Part shown: positions 31,912 to 45,216 of the stretch, in pieces
How positions within the stretch are numbered: position 1 is the stretch's first letter
How the letters are laid out: each line of letters opens with the position of its first letter
From: Iphione sp. A-MEVVRFRX5
Lineage: Eukaryota
Assembly (NCBI GenBank): GCA_976226885.1
Contig: OZ320314.1
Coordinates: 109,120,001 to 109,184,000 of the forward strand
DNA length: 64,000 nucleotides
Direction of reading: 5' to 3'
The notes under the pieces: model-generated
The model's input: only the letters and a program-made list of their open reading frames with translations
Databases searched by the model: none
What the model was told of the DNA's origin: nothing
Made by a program: the position numbers and the translations under genes

Positions 31912-32622
31912 CTTAACTATATGTTGCCCTGCTACCCAAGTTCTGAATATCATAGAAAATATTCCACTTAGCCGTGCGTGCCAAACTTGCCCGCATAGCT
32001 GAGTTGCCCGCAAGGTGACTTTCTGCTGTACAGTGGAGTTATATGATCAATAACTTGAAACTTATTCCTTTTGCAAATTGCCCCTACTTCCCCCCCACAC
32101 ACACCTCCGCGGATAAAAAGATTTTCTTGACCAAATCTCACCTAGACCTGACAAAAATAACGTGAAAACGCTGACTCGAGAATACCTGGCGATTAGTGGT
32201 ATAATTCTCCACCAATATATGATAGATCAACGCCAAGAGAGATGTAGAGAAGAACCAGACTGCCCATGATTGAGGAATGATCTTAATTGTGTTCTACTCT
32301 CTTCAAATCTGAAATGTGTTTGAATTCCCACCTATTTACATGATTGGGCCCTAATTTAAACCTTGACCTATTCGCGCTAATACCATGCACCACTGATATT
32401 TTTGTTATCTTAAAAGGGTCAGAGATTCCGATTTTTCGCAGTAATTTTTGGACATTGTGGATGTATAGAGAGAATTCCAAAACCGAACGATCACCGTTTC
32501 CGCCAAAATCGTTCGGATTTGGGATAATTCGTATTTGGAATTGTGGCCTGAGGCCACTCTCAATTTCACACAGTTAGGGGTGGCCTCAGGCCCCCCTTAA
32601 CTCTTTCCATACCCAGAAGACT

Positions 32623-32975
32623 GAAATAAATCATATAATGAATGTGATCTAATCTAAACCTGAAATAATGGAGAGAAAACAACCAAAAACTGACTTTTGA
32701 CCATGCATATCTATAAAAATGAAATAAATCATATAATGAATGGGATCTAATCTAAACCTGAAATAATGGAGAGAAAACAACCAAAAACTGACTTTTGACT
32801 ATGCATATCTATAAAAATGAAATAAATCATCTAATGAATGGGATCTAATCTAAACCTGAAATAATGGAGAGAAAACAACCAAAAACAGACTTTTGACTAT
32901 GCATACCTAAAAAAAATGAAATAAATCATATAATGAATGGGATCTATTCTAGGCCTGAAATAATGGAGAGAAAAA
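32623..32975. repeat. Tandem repeat, about 98-bp unit, about 3.6 copies
   Basis: GAAATAAATC unit starts lie at 32623, 32721, 32819 and 32918, downstream of the second transposase. Confidence 0.92.
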
Positions 32976-33044
32976 CTCTGCAAAAGAAAAAAAAGAGAAC
33001 CTGAAAAAAAACAAAAAAAAAACATGTAATTAATGTTAACTTAT

Positions 33045-34607
33045 CTATTGCCTCTTGAAGAAGTCTGCAATGGTCTTCTGCTTGCACTTCTTCACTGCTG
33101 CCATTTCTGTCTTCTCCAGGATAGCCCTAAGAGAAGATACAATGTCAGTGTTGCCTTGGTCCTCCCAGAAGGACACAGCCCAGTCCAGGCCCTGTCTCAC
33201 TTGCTTGATGGTAACAGGCTCCACATGCTGCTCTTCCTCCTCCTCCTCCTCCTCCTCTTCCTCCTCTTCTCTCTTGCGCTTGCCTACCAGCTGGATGATG
33301 CTCTGCTCATCCATCTCTCCTGATGTAGGCTCCTGGGAGTCACAGGACACATAATCATCTGCTGTTCCTGTGTCCTCCCCTTGCTTGTCCTGGAGGTCTT
33401 GCAGCAGTGTCCTCAGCTGTGAGAGTGGGGTGTTGTCCTCTTCTTCCTCTGTGGCTGGACTGGTGGAATCTGGTAGGATGTCAACATGCTTCCAACACTT
33501 GGCAATGGTGGTGCTGGAGACAGCCTGCCAGGCCTCATGGATCATCAGGATGGCCCTCCTGACATCTGAGGTCTGGGGTTTATCTGACTCAATACAGGTC
33601 AGGAAGTGCCTGACCAGCCTCCTCCTGTACTGTGCCTTGAAAGAGGCAATGATGCCTCCATCCAAGGGCTGCAGATGACTGGTGGTGTTTGGAGGCAGGA
33701 AGATGATCTTCAGGTTCTTGTAGTTCTTGGTTGTCTTGTGGCTTGCAGCATTATCACAGAGGATTACATATCTCCTCTTCTGCCCTCTGGCTCTGTCATC
33801 TAACTTCTTCAGGAGATCTTCCCACAGGGTAGAAGTCATCCAGGCTTTGGTGTTGTGTCTGTATGTAACATACATGGAAGGATCAAAGTCCTTCCCAAAA
33901 CACCTAGGTCTGGCTGACTTTCCAATCACAAAGGGCCTGATCTTCTCAGTCCCTGTGGCATTGCAGCACAATGCCACAGTCAGCCTGTCCTTGGACCGCT
34001 TCTCACCCTTCACTGGCCCTGTGGCAAGAGTGGTTCCTGGCTTCAGTCTGAAGAAGAGCCCTGACTCATCCACATTGAAGATGTCATCAGGATCATAACC
34101 TTTTAGGAGATTCTTGATGTCTTGCCTTCCTTCCCCTACAAGCTGGTCAGAGACTGATGCAGCTTCACCATGGGTCTTGTACACCTTGATGTTGTTCCTC
34201 TGTCTGAATCTCTGGATCCAGCCCTTGCTGTATCCAAAGGTCTCATCCACTTGCAGCTCCTTGCCAAAGACCTTGGCCTTGTCCACCAGAACTTCATCTG
34301 ACACTACTGCTCCTCTGGCCCTCATATCATTGAACCAGAGGAGGAGGGCCTTCTCCAGGTCAGCCTGTTTGGGACATCTAGTCCTGTCATGGTTGCCCTC
34401 ATCATCAGGCAGGGACAGCCAGTGGTCCTTTTTCTTGAAGATGTCTGTCAGGGTAGACTTCCCAACTGGGAAGCCAAACAGGGCAGAGAAATGCCCAATG
34501 ATGCCTGTCAGAGAAGCAGTGGGGTGGCTGGCCTTGTATTGGCAGAGAAGCTTCTTCTGCTGGTTGGTGATGTTGGTCCTCCTTCTCTTTGCCTGTGGTT
34601 GAGACAT
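33045..34607 (-). CDS. Tigger/pogo transposase, DD30D, closely related to the one at 15016
   Basis: It begins MSQPQAKRRR and has FNVDESGLFF, LCDNA and QPLDGGII motifs. The ORF is intact. Confidence 0.95.
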   Translation of the reverse strand: MSQPQAKRRRTNITNQQKKLLCQYKASHPTASLTGIIGHFSALFGFPVGKSTLTDIFKKKDHWLSLPDDEGNHDRTRCPKQADLEKALLLWFNDMRARGAVVSDEVLVDKAKVFGKELQVDETFGYSKGWIQRFRQRNNIKVYKTHGEAASVSDQLVGEGRQDIKNLLKGYDPDDIFNVDESGLFFRLKPGTTLATGPVKGEKRSKDRLTVALCCNATGTEKIRPFVIGKSARPRCFGKDFDPSMYVTYRHNTKAWMTSTLWEDLLKKLDDRARGQKRRYVILCDNAASHKTTKNYKNLKIIFLPPNTTSHLQPLDGGIIASFKAQYRRRLVRHFLTCIESDKPQTSDVRRAILMIHEAWQAVSSTTIAKCWKHVDILPDSTSPATEEEEDNTPLSQLRTLLQDLQDKQGEDTGTADDYVSCDSQEPTSGEMDEQSIIQLVGKRKREEEEEEEEEEEEEQHVEPVTIKQVRQGLDWAVSFWEDQGNTDIVSSLRAILEKTEMAAVKKCKQKTIADFFKRQ

Positions 34608-34754
34608 GGTGTCTGGAGTTCTCTGGAGTTCTCTGGAGTGCTCTGGAGTGGTACTCAAGGTAGAGTGACTGACAGTGGCTGGGCACCTCCCTTATATCCC
34701 CCCATGGGTCGGGAAAGCACAGGAAATCGCGGGAAATTGTCCTGGCTTGGAGGG

Positions 34755-35162
34755 GCCCCCTCCAATTCGCTACTCTTTGATGACGCAGTCGCCACGGAGA
34801 GGCCCTGGTCGGCCGGGGCGAGCTCAGGTCCCCTCCAAGTCGCTAACCTTTGATGACGCAGGACAGCTCTCACCACGATCGACACCTATGGAGAGGCCCC
34901 GTCGATCGGGGCGAGCTTGGTTCCCCTCCAATTCGCTACTGTTTGAGCGACTCTCACCTACAGAGAGGCCCCCGGTCGATCGGGGCGAGCTCAGTTCCCC
35001 TCCAAGTCGCTAACCTTTGAACAGCTCGCACCTCGATCGACACCTATGGAGAGGCCCCGTCGACCGGGGCAAGCTTGGTTCCCCTCCAATTCGCTACTGT
35101 TTGAGCAACTCTCACCTACGGAGAGGCCCCCGGTCGATCGGGGCGAGCTCAGTTCCCCTCCA
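34755..35162. repeat. Alternating A/B GC-rich repeat array upstream of the second transposase
   Basis: GAGAGGCCC units start at 34796, 34890, 34962, 35048 and 35120, with spacings of 94, 72, 86 and 72. Confidence 0.9.
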
Positions 35163-38100
35163 GAGCAATCGGATTTTGAGTGTAATATTAACTAATTTTG
35201 ACCAAATACAAGCGTTCGGATTCGGAATTGGCATATTTCCTATATCTGAGTAGCTAGAAAGAGGAAAACGATTCGTCCCTGGAAATATCGTTCGGTTTTG
35301 GGCCGGTTCGGATTTGGAGTGTTCAGACTTGGAGTATTGTCTGTATATAGTAAATACATTACTCACTATGGTGTGCAACAATTCCAGACAGGAGAAAATA
35401 ATTTTTCACAAAGCAGGCCACACAAAGGAGGGAATAGGTGTTGAAGAGCCAAATCTACATATTTCTCAGAATAAAGCTTCTTTTACAAAACAGATGCCTC
35501 ACCATGCAATTGTGTGGCCTTAGACCATGTTTTCTTAATTACATTTTCTAAAGAAATTACCGAAACGGAAAGCAATTTATCTATGAACAGCTCCTTGTCT
35601 GTGTTCTTGCTTTGTATTTCTTGAAGAAATAGATTGCTATTAGAAAAATAGATATCGCCAAACATATCAAGATAGATAGAGGTAGCTTCGTCGCTGAGAC
35701 TTCTCTCTTGGAACGTTATCGCAAGAGGTACACCTGTACATCAAATGAGTGCCTTTAAATATTGTTTGTTTTAAAAACCTGAGCTTATGTAGATGTGTGT
35801 GTTTAAACCTCATCATATATCTATATTTTATAATCAGTACCCTGTTATCTAGATGGGCTTGGTTTGTGTTGTTATTTTAAGTTGGCCGTCTATTTGACAG
35901 GTCCCTCTCATTGTGAGTGTGCAAAACATTTAATATTGCCTGATGGTCACCCATCCCAAGCTATATTTTGTAATTCAGAAGTATTTCTTTTTTAAAGAGA
36001 GACTGGTTGAATATTCCCATGCATACTTAGCCTACTTACTTTTTACTTGGTGCAAGGGGAGGGATAAGGCCAGTTTTACAAGTGTACAGTTTGTACACTC
36101 CCACCTCCGAGAGCAGGGCAGGACTATAGCTGTGAAACAACCCATACCTATGTAATTAACTGCAACTAGCAAGACGTGGGCAGTTCTCTTTAACTGCATG
36201 CAATTACAAGAAGCCCAATCGGTCCAGGACGGGTTACTCTTGCAATTGCATGCAGGATAAGCTGTTGTTATGCAATTGCCACACTTCATGGGGGGAGCTC
36301 TTACTTTCACATGTGATTGGAGAAAATCTGACCATGTACGTGTAAAACCGGCCTAATGCCGAATGCTGTGACCTCCTATGGGTTGCATCTTAAGACTGCA
36401 ATCAGTCGCCTGTAATGTGTATTGATCAACTGTCAATAGATAGTCAAATGACTATGTCTTTGATAGTGTTACGACATTATGTGGCCAGTAAAATGATAAA
36501 TACTATACCATCTCACTTTTATGTGGTTTCTGGTTGGAACACGCTTGTATGTTTATGAATTTCAGAAGCATTCCTGTATGTATAAGGCCTGGTTTCCATA
36601 CCTACATTGTTTAATTGCATTTGCATATATAGGGTTTTGTTTCAATTTTGTATCAAAAGGTGATAAGCATGTTTCTATGCCCGTGTTGTGTTAGTGCCAT
36701 TGCATTGTATATCCGACAATGCTCGTAAATTCCATGCAATGTAACACAAAAGCACGAGAAGGATATAGTAGAACTGGTTAGGAGGAGGCTAGGGTTGAAT
36801 ATCTGTTATAGATAATGTAAAAATCTTCATAAATTGTATATTATTTGCATAAGAACCGAAGTTGCACAAATTCTGGACATTTGTATGAAAACCCTGCACA
36901 AATGGAAAATTTCAAACATCTGCAAAATTAAATTGCACATTTGCAATATTTTTGATACGCATCATATCTTCTTATCTATAGAAGTGGGTAAAGGTGTGAA
37001 AATCACCAATGAAAGCCTAGCCAAATGCGACCAAGGACATCCCTGTCTGGGAGTACGTATACGGTAAAAGACACTAATTGGACTAGATCAATGCAACACA
37101 AACACAAAACAAATGCAGTGATGCAAGTATGAAAAGCAGCCTAATAATGGACTATTCTTTTGACCCGTCCCTATATAACTGACAGGTGAATAGCAATCCC
37201 AGCCTAATTCTCTAGTTTTCTCAACTAGCTTCTCTAGGAGTCTCTTACACTATAGTTTTGAGCGTGGTTGCGTGTTTCTCCTTATCGCCACTGTTATCGG
37301 AATCCTTCGGTTGCCACGGTTGCATACCTAGACCTGCCACTTGCGTTTTGTCCAGTGCACAATTTTATTTTTAAAAAAAAACTAAAAAACTCATTTGATA
37401 TGAACGTTTTCCAAAAAATTTATTTTGATAGCGTCAAGACGATTCAAGGCATCCTTAACTTAATTTTAGCAAGGACACATTCAAATAACCATTATACAAC
37501 ATCTTTCTAGGTCTGATCAGTTAGAGACCCCGAAATCTAAAATCACACATTCTTCACATCATCACACCCTCTTCACTCTCAAACTCATACACTGCGGACT
37601 CGATTTTAAGCATACAATAGGGACAATACTATCCATCATTCCGAGGGCTTGACTGCATTTCCTCATGGGTATAGAAACTGGTCACTCAAACCTGTACAGA
37701 GAGCAGACCGCACCAATTCAAGCCAGTCTGTTTATCCGAAGATTTTGAAAGGTGTATGCCTTGTCAACATTGGAGACACTTATTCTAGGGACAAGAGCGA
37801 CAAATAAATTAGAGTAATACACGTACAATGTGATGTTCAAGGTTCTTCCTGATTTATATTTATATATAATACTGGCACGTTCATATCAATGACTATTTAC
37901 TATGGAAACAAGTCCTTTCTATGACCTGCAACTGACAATAATCCAGTGACGAGCGCAGTCCAAGAGCTGTTATCCTTTTCCCACTGACTCGCATGCTTCT
38001 TCTCCATAAGTATACTGACTGAGTCAACGTGCAAGAATGTTCAGTGGTAAATGGGGAAGCTTTTCTTGAGAGATAATGAGCACATGAACTTGAATTTATA

Positions 38101-41100
38101 TATCAAACCTGCATTTGTTAGGTCGATTTCCCATGTACACAATATTCTTCCAGCAGTTGTTCTGAAATACTTTGGTATAGACCACTCCTCCGCAGGGTTG
38201 TGTGATTGTCATTCCTATATACATTTACACGTATCCAAAACAACAGACAGTGAGCCCTGGGGAGGCTGCTTCGATAAGTGCTATCATCCCTGTACGTTGG
38301 AAAATCGGTGAACAACAGATACACCTAATTCCCGGATACGCCTCCATATAAGTTGTTATATGTGATACGAGACTTTAAAAATGGGTTTTTTAATCCAGCT
38401 TGTGGTGTAATGCTTTCTTCGCTTTCATGTTGAAAGGGCCTTTGAAGAATATCCCTCCTCATTATTTTTAGGTCGTATAGGGCCTTTCTGTGGCATATAT
38501 AAAGGAGACACGGGAGGACAGCGATAGGTATGGTGTGCTCAGTTTTAAAGAAGACTGAGGACCTCCAGCTTCTCTTTAAAGCCCTTCGACTAGCGAAGTG
38601 GGGCCCCCTGAGGGGGCAAGCAATGCCCCCCTCGGTAGAGAGGAACTGCCCCCTGGAGGGCCGTTGGGCAGCACCTGAGCAGCAGACAGGGCAGGCGGGC
38701 AGCTGTGGGGCCGGGGGTGGGTGTCGGCGGCGCCGCTTACAAGCCGTATCGGGTGGCGGAGGGCGTCGCGGGCCGGTCGGCGCGTTGACAGGCGCCCGTT
38801 TGATGGCGGTACGGCGGGGCGGGCGGCGGCGGCGGCTGTCAGGCAGACCGCGCCCGGGCCCGGCAGACTGGCGTCGGCCGCCATGTGGCCGGCCGGCCTT
38901 CCACCCCGGCCGGCCATTAATTACCTCCCCGGAGCCGAGCGCTGCCTGGCTCCCCCACCACTTGTTATCATATGTTCTCACCGATAGAGGAAGGCTCAGG
39001 GGGGTTGGCTACAGCCTGCGGGCGGGGGGGGGGGAGCAACTCTTAAGTATGAAGGGGGGGGGGGGGGGAGTGCAAAGCAAGTAGAAGCTGTTGAGTAAGG
39101 ATGTTGGAAGCAGGCAGGAGGAGGGGGGATGAGGCGTTTAATAAACGGCACGAGATGGAGACACGGTCCGCACGGCCGCTATAAACCTGACATAAATATG
39201 GCGCTCAGAGTGGAGTGAGTTGCTCACTGGCAGCAAATAAACCCTCGAGTTGCTCCCATTAAAATTCGAGTGCTTTGCTGTTCACGTTTACACACGTACG
39301 TGCCAAAGTGGGACATGTACAATAGACAACAAACACACAGCTGTTAATAGGTATATACCCCCGTGGAGTCTGGAGTATACATTGAAGGCGGGTTTAAGAC
39401 CCAGGGGTATAATGGTAAACAAGAGAGAGAGCGAGTGCGTGCGGTGTTACAATAAAGTGACAACCAGATTAAAAGCACGTGGTTTATCCACACCAAACGT
39501 GAGTACCTTAACATTCAGGTTGTTCTGACATAGAAACTACAAGTTGGCTTCCAACTGCTGTTAAAACAGCGACTAGGCACATGTTGAATCGCCCAAAACA
39601 TCTTACTCCCTTGATGGATTCCTTGTTTCTATTCGCCCGGCCACTTGGCGATGTGTTATAGGCGATGGGTAAATATCTACCAGATCCTAGTTGGAGTAAT
39701 TGTGAGCAATCTGAAATTTTACGTCTACAACGTGTCGGAAGTTGGTCAGTGTTGTGACCATCACCCTCCACTTATTGCAAACCGAGGCGGTAGGTTTGGG
39801 AGAGATTTGATGGCGACAATGTTTGTCATTTGTATACCCTCTATATATATGAAAGTCCTTCACAACACGTTGACCATATAACGCTGCAGGTGTATATAAA
39901 AGCCCTAACTTCTGGTTCTATTACCGAGACCACGAGGTGGAGTGGATGGACTGGAAACAGTCCCAGGGAAGGGAGAGTAGGTAGCGGGTGAGGGGGAAGG
40001 AGGAGGAGGAGGAGGTCGCATGTGGTCGTGTCTGGACGTGGTGACGGCTGGGGTTGACGAGAGCCGGCAGCCGCCCCGGCTTGTCAGGCCCCAGCAGCCC
40101 TGGCCGCCGCCGCCTCCTCATGATACACGGGCCAGCACAGCCCACGACACCTCACTCCTCTTCGCGCCGCACTTGCCCTAATCTCTGAACTCAGAGCTCA
40201 CTTGAACCCCGGGCCATCGCCTCTCTCCCCGCTCAACCTAGCGATTCGTGCTCATGAGGGGAGTCAGAGAGACACACACTTCATCCCCTGTGCTTCTGTA
40301 ACACACCTTACCTATAACGCCCACTCCCCTACCTCCTCCGATGCTTTCAAGACGCCTTTCGGACATAGCCCCATGCATGAGCCAAGTGCTCGCCACTGCC
40401 CCATACCGATGCTAGCCTTTGGTTTTTAAGAATTTGCTCTGTCATGTTTTTTCCCCTCGGGCGCGGACGGGTACGACGGCTTTGCGGCCGAGGAGTTGCC
40501 CGACCAAACGTTCAGCGGCAAAAGAGGGGGGATAGAAAACGTGCCGGTCGGTCCAGGGGCACATGTGGCTGAAGTGCGTGGCATTCTTCGTCGGCGGTAA
40601 AGCCGGTATCCCTTTACAAGACTCTCGGCCTCGACGTCTGAGGCGAGTCAGCAGTAGCCAGTCGCAACAACAGCTTTACCCCCCCCCCCCACGCCCCCTC
40701 CTCCTCCAAGCACCCAGCGCGGTATCCTACCGTCACCACCGCCGTCGCTTTTACCGCCGTCAGCACCGCAATTGGACAAGGAAGATGCGGCTAGGCTCGC
40801 AGCTGTCGAAAACAGTGATGGACAAATTACTGAGCACAGATGTTCCGAAGTATAGCCTTGGAAGAGCCGTTCGCTCTATTAGTGTTGTCGTAGCCACTTG
40901 TGAGAAAATAATGCAACGTATGACGAAAGGGGTGTTACTATACATGACCAAACTGAAAGTGGCTTCTCAGCATGGCTTCCGATGTGGCTTCCTTTCAGAG
41001 TTCAGCGCTTGTTGGCTGTAGATACGCCAGGTTCAGCCATCTTAGTCATATGCCGTGAGAATGTGTTAAGAAACAGTTCTCTCTAAGAGCCTATGGGTAC

Positions 41101-42718
41101 ATTACGACTGGGACTTTACACCCGCATACCCCCACGACGCCCCGAATAATACGAGTTCCACCCGGCCCCACTAAACACGGTTTTTTTTAACTTCTCCATC
41201 CACAGTCGGGTGAATTCCTCTCCCAATAAAACCTCATACAAAACCTCCTCTGTCTACGACGGCTTGCTGTATAGCAAAACGGTTTTCAACAAGAGAAGCC
41301 ATAAGGCCAGCCTGGCTGCTCCTATGAGTGGTGCAATCGGGGGGTTGGGGAGTGGAGGTGGTAGCCGTGGTGGTGGTGGGGGGGGGGGGGGGCGGGACAG
41401 GATCCCCGGCCTGCCGCGGGCAGACAGCCCGATGACAAGCAGCCGCCCAGGCTGCCCCAACTGCTGCTCGGGCCGCCGTGTTCAACACGCCCGCCAATTG
41501 CCTCCAGTATAAACAAGTCCCACTCTCCCTCTCTCTCCTACTCCTCCTTCTCTCTCTCTCTATCGACCCGACTGAGATGCTTGTTGCGCGAGTACTACTT
41601 GCCCCCGTGGTCGTCGGCTCGATAGTGGGGGTCCTCTAATTCGTCTTTCCATGCTGGGAGACCCCTCAGGGAGAATCATGTCTGCTTATTATATTACCAC
41701 CTTGCGCAAATCGCCTGGGGCGAGGATACAGGTTACACTGCTGGCAGATAAAGAGAACGTGCGGCTTATGCTGGTGATGTACGACTGTTTTGTACGGCCC
41801 ACCTACCTCGAGACGTTCCGGGGGCTCATACAATTGACAGTTTGTCCACGGGTCAAACAGGAGAAAAAAGTGAAGGGACATTAACCATGAGAGTAAAAAA
41901 AATGTTCTGCTAGAACCTATAAATGGTATTTTTACAAACATTCAGAAGCGTGCATGCTGATGTTTTTGTATAAGTAGGGCTTCACCTTTAAAGAAATGGC
42001 ACTAACTTGTGCCTCAAGTATGTATGGGATCAATGAACCCGAAGTACGATTGTGCTAGTCAATAGTAAGGGTAAAAAGTATTGGACAAAACTATATATTG
42101 GCATTTTTTCCAGTTTATGGCATTCCAGTCGTTAAGGTTCAAAAGAGCTTCCAAGCTTCCTTTTACCTCAAGAGATTCTCCAGTGACAGTGTAGGACCTG
42201 CAGCTCTTTATGCAATGATAAACTGTGCTTACTCCTATATCGCCTCTTAAAAGTCTTCACCCTTCGGTCATCATTGATGGGGGATTTAAGGGGTGTGGGG
42301 GTAATAGGTGGAATTCTGCGATGGAGAGGTGGGGGGAGGTGGGGGAGGTGGGGGAGGTGGGGGCACGGCAGACCCCCTGAGGCCCATGCCGACTCCGCTG
42401 CCCCTTCCGCGGGATAAATTGGCTGCTCGTTGTCGGCCATTAGAGCCCGCCGCGTTATCGGTGTTCACCTTCCGCGCCTATCTCCCGCCGAATACCTGAA
42501 AATCGCCGCCGATGAAAGCCGTTCACTGGCGCCCCTGAGCAGCTCTGGAGCAGCTCCTCCAGACCATTAGCGTCTATCCGAACCTCCTTCCCTTTCCTTA
42601 CCCTCTGTGTGCACCAATTATCGCCCGGGTCCCATGTGCACCCAGAGAACATTGTTACCTGAACCCTGCTACTGTTAAGTGTATTTGACATAAAATTATG
42701 AATAATTGCTGACACAGA

Positions 42719-42766
<48 letters not shown>

Positions 42767-44341
42767 CTCTGGATATATATTTGTATATTGTATGTGCTTG
42801 TGTGAAATATAGTTGTATTGATAATATACATGGTCTTCCTGCATGTATACGTGTTTCGTGTTCATCCTGCTCTGTAATAAATGTTTCGTTCCAGATAACT
42901 GCGCATCCTTTTTAGATATTTTGAACATTAGCTGGCCCAAGAGCCATGGCTGTAGTCCTGCGAAGAAAATGAAGTAATACATAACTGTAGCATGTGGTAG
43001 ACTGCCATTATTTCTCCCCTGACACATGCGTTAGCTACTCCATTTGCACCAGAAATCAATTTTTCTTATTGTCAAGAATGTTTCGCCAATCCATTGCTTT
43101 TCTTGCAAGGTCTCACCCGCCTCCATCGTCACCCAAATGAGTATATAGATGAATAGGAAGGCATGTCTTGAGCTGGGGCTAGGGCCACACCTGCAGGTTC
43201 AATGCGTCGGCTCCCTTCCCTCCAATGGGTGATTAACGCAAGGCGAGAGCAGATTAATGAGCGTCTTCTGCTCGGGGAATGTAGGTAGGTGGGTGGGTGG
43301 GAGACAGGAAGGAGGGGGCAGACTGAGGTGTGGGAGTCGCGGCTCTGTGGGAGACGCTGGTCATCAGGGCGAGTGGGGGGGTGTGAGAGGGTTACTGACC
43401 GCCATGTGGTAGACAGGACATCAATCATAAGGCTACCTACGTCTACCCCTCCACACAAGTTCAACATTCCAGAAAAATAAACACACACACCCACATGGAG
43501 GCAAAGGCGCGGTCGTCATGGTTTTTTTTTCAATTGCTGAAATGTTAAATGTATACACGTTCAACTTGGTACGCCTTAATAGGGGAGTCGGTGCTGTGTG
43601 TAAATTCAACCGTAAAGTTGACGGAGGTGTTTCTGTTCCTACCTGTGAGAGCCCCGGTGGGTGATAGGAGATGCCCGTCTGGCTTCTATCACTCAGGGGG
43701 CCTCTCTCTACAAATCTACCTTAGTAACAACCTGGGTTTTCTTATCCCACTCTCTTTATAGTGTTGCGCTGGTGATAGATGTCTTCAGAGGGTCAGCCGG
43801 CTCATTGCCCTCTGATACGAGGCCAGTTTCATCAGGACTCGCTCCGAGTCGGACTTGTTGTCCATCAGTGGATCTGAAGCGGAAGGGCGCTCCACTTAAA
43901 CAACCCCCGATCGCTGACGGTACCAGCGAACGGCCCTATACCGAAATATTATCTCATTCATCGATAGGAGCAAAAACGTTGGCTCTTAACCGTCGTTTAC
44001 GGGGGAAGGTCGTATACAGAACGCTATCGCGGGACATGCAGCCATGTCATCATCGTGGCCAAAAAGAAAAAAATACGTGCGACAGAGTGAGGAGGGGGGA
44101 GGGGGTATCAAGAGTTTTTAATTCTTTCTACTAGGTCGCTAGATTCTTAAAACAGCAGCAGCAGAGTGTCTCTAAGGAGGCCATATGGACAGCTCCCCGA
44201 TTTCTGAGGGAAAACCTCCGCCAAAGATAAAACATACATATTCCCCCCCTACAACCTCCTCTTCCAACCACAGCTAGCACTTGCTTGTTCTCGTCTCACG
44301 AGGACACATTGTTGACTGTTGGAAGCCCCGCCCCTTTTTTG

Positions 44342-44382
44342 TGACGTCACGTCCGGTGGTTGGAAGTGATTGGGCCGCCCCC
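44342..44382 (+). promoter_or_regulatory. Putative proximal promoter of Prrx
   Basis: A palindromic CRE TGACGTCA (44342-44349), a reverse CCAAT box ATTGG (44369-44373) and a GC-rich box lie about 300 bp upstream of the ATG. Confidence 0.5.
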
Positions 44383-44645
44383 TAGCGTGCGGTGGTGCAG
44401 AAGAGCAGTACACCACGGCGGACGAGTCGGAGCGACTCATTGCTTGCACGCCAGTGTGAGGAGTCAGATCGGTCCCGCTGTTGGTTTTCCTACCACCCTG
44501 TGCCTTGTGAACACATATCCACACAGTGAGAGTTTAATAACGAAGGAGGAAAAGGAAGGAGGAGAGGAACAAGTGGAGAGCGCCTTTCGAGCAGCTCGCT
44601 CCCCACATCCCCCGCCCAACCGTCTGTCGTTGGACGGATTTTAAG

Positions 44646-45216
44646 ATGAGCACTTACAGTCTGAACTCTCTGGCCGCGGAGACACAGTACCACCACCACC
44701 ACCTTCACCACCACCACCACCCCGCCGCTCCGCCGTTGTCGCACGGCGCAGCGGCCCAACACTACGTCGACAAGCTCCAGCAGGCGTACCAACAGAGCGG
44801 CGGACTGCTCGGAGCGGCTGCCGTCGGCGGCGGCGGAGTAGGAGGCGGCGGGGGAGGAGCAGCTCACAACAAGGCCAACTTCTCCGTTAGTCACCTGCTC
44901 GACTTGGAGGAGCTCCCGACGCGCGAGAGCTGCGCTATGTACGCCACAGCGGCGCCCATCCTCGAGCCCAATAACAATAATAACAGTTCCCTTCACGCCA
45001 ACCATAATCCTAATCCCGCAGGCCTGAGTGCTGGCGGAGGAGGAGGAGGGGGAGGAGGTGGAGGAGGCCTTGCTGCGTCTCCAGTTGGATCCCTTCACGG
45101 CGCCGCGCCCCCGTCCACCCCGACATCGTCGTCGTCCTCCTCGTCGGCTTCCGGTCCAAGCTCCTGCGTCCATAGCAACGGAAATCCAATGTCACCTGAA
45201 GATGACAGAAAATCAG
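44646..45216 (+). CDS. Prrx: First coding exon of a Prrx-type paired-class homeobox gene
   Basis: K.NFSVSHLLDLEE matches the eh1-like N-terminal signature of vertebrate Prrx1 (KKNFSVSHLLDLEE). It has poly-His, poly-Gly and poly-Ser tracts and a donor CAG|gtaagc at 45217. No homeobox exon was found in the window, so the orthology rests on one motif. Confidence 0.75.

Larger units (their letters stand above)
32466..35343 (-). mobile_element. Second pogo/Tigger transposon (left boundary uncertain)
   Basis: It contains an intact transposase. The right end ...CAGACTTGGAGTATTGTCTG is followed by TA at 35344-35345. The left end is only weakly similar (about 15/23) and is mixed with other TIR remnants at 32466-32600. 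Confidence 0.55.

Noticed and set aside
32623-35162. CRISPR-like arrays in the 98-bp and A/B repeats
   Set aside because: There are no unique spacers and no cas genes, and the context is eukaryotic. The same applies to the 41-bp and 51-bp minisatellites.
38325-39084. Overlapping GC-rich ORFs or an rDNA spacer fragment
   Set aside because: The translations are low-complexity Arg/Pro/Gly on both strands with no domain, and no rRNA signature sequence was recognised.
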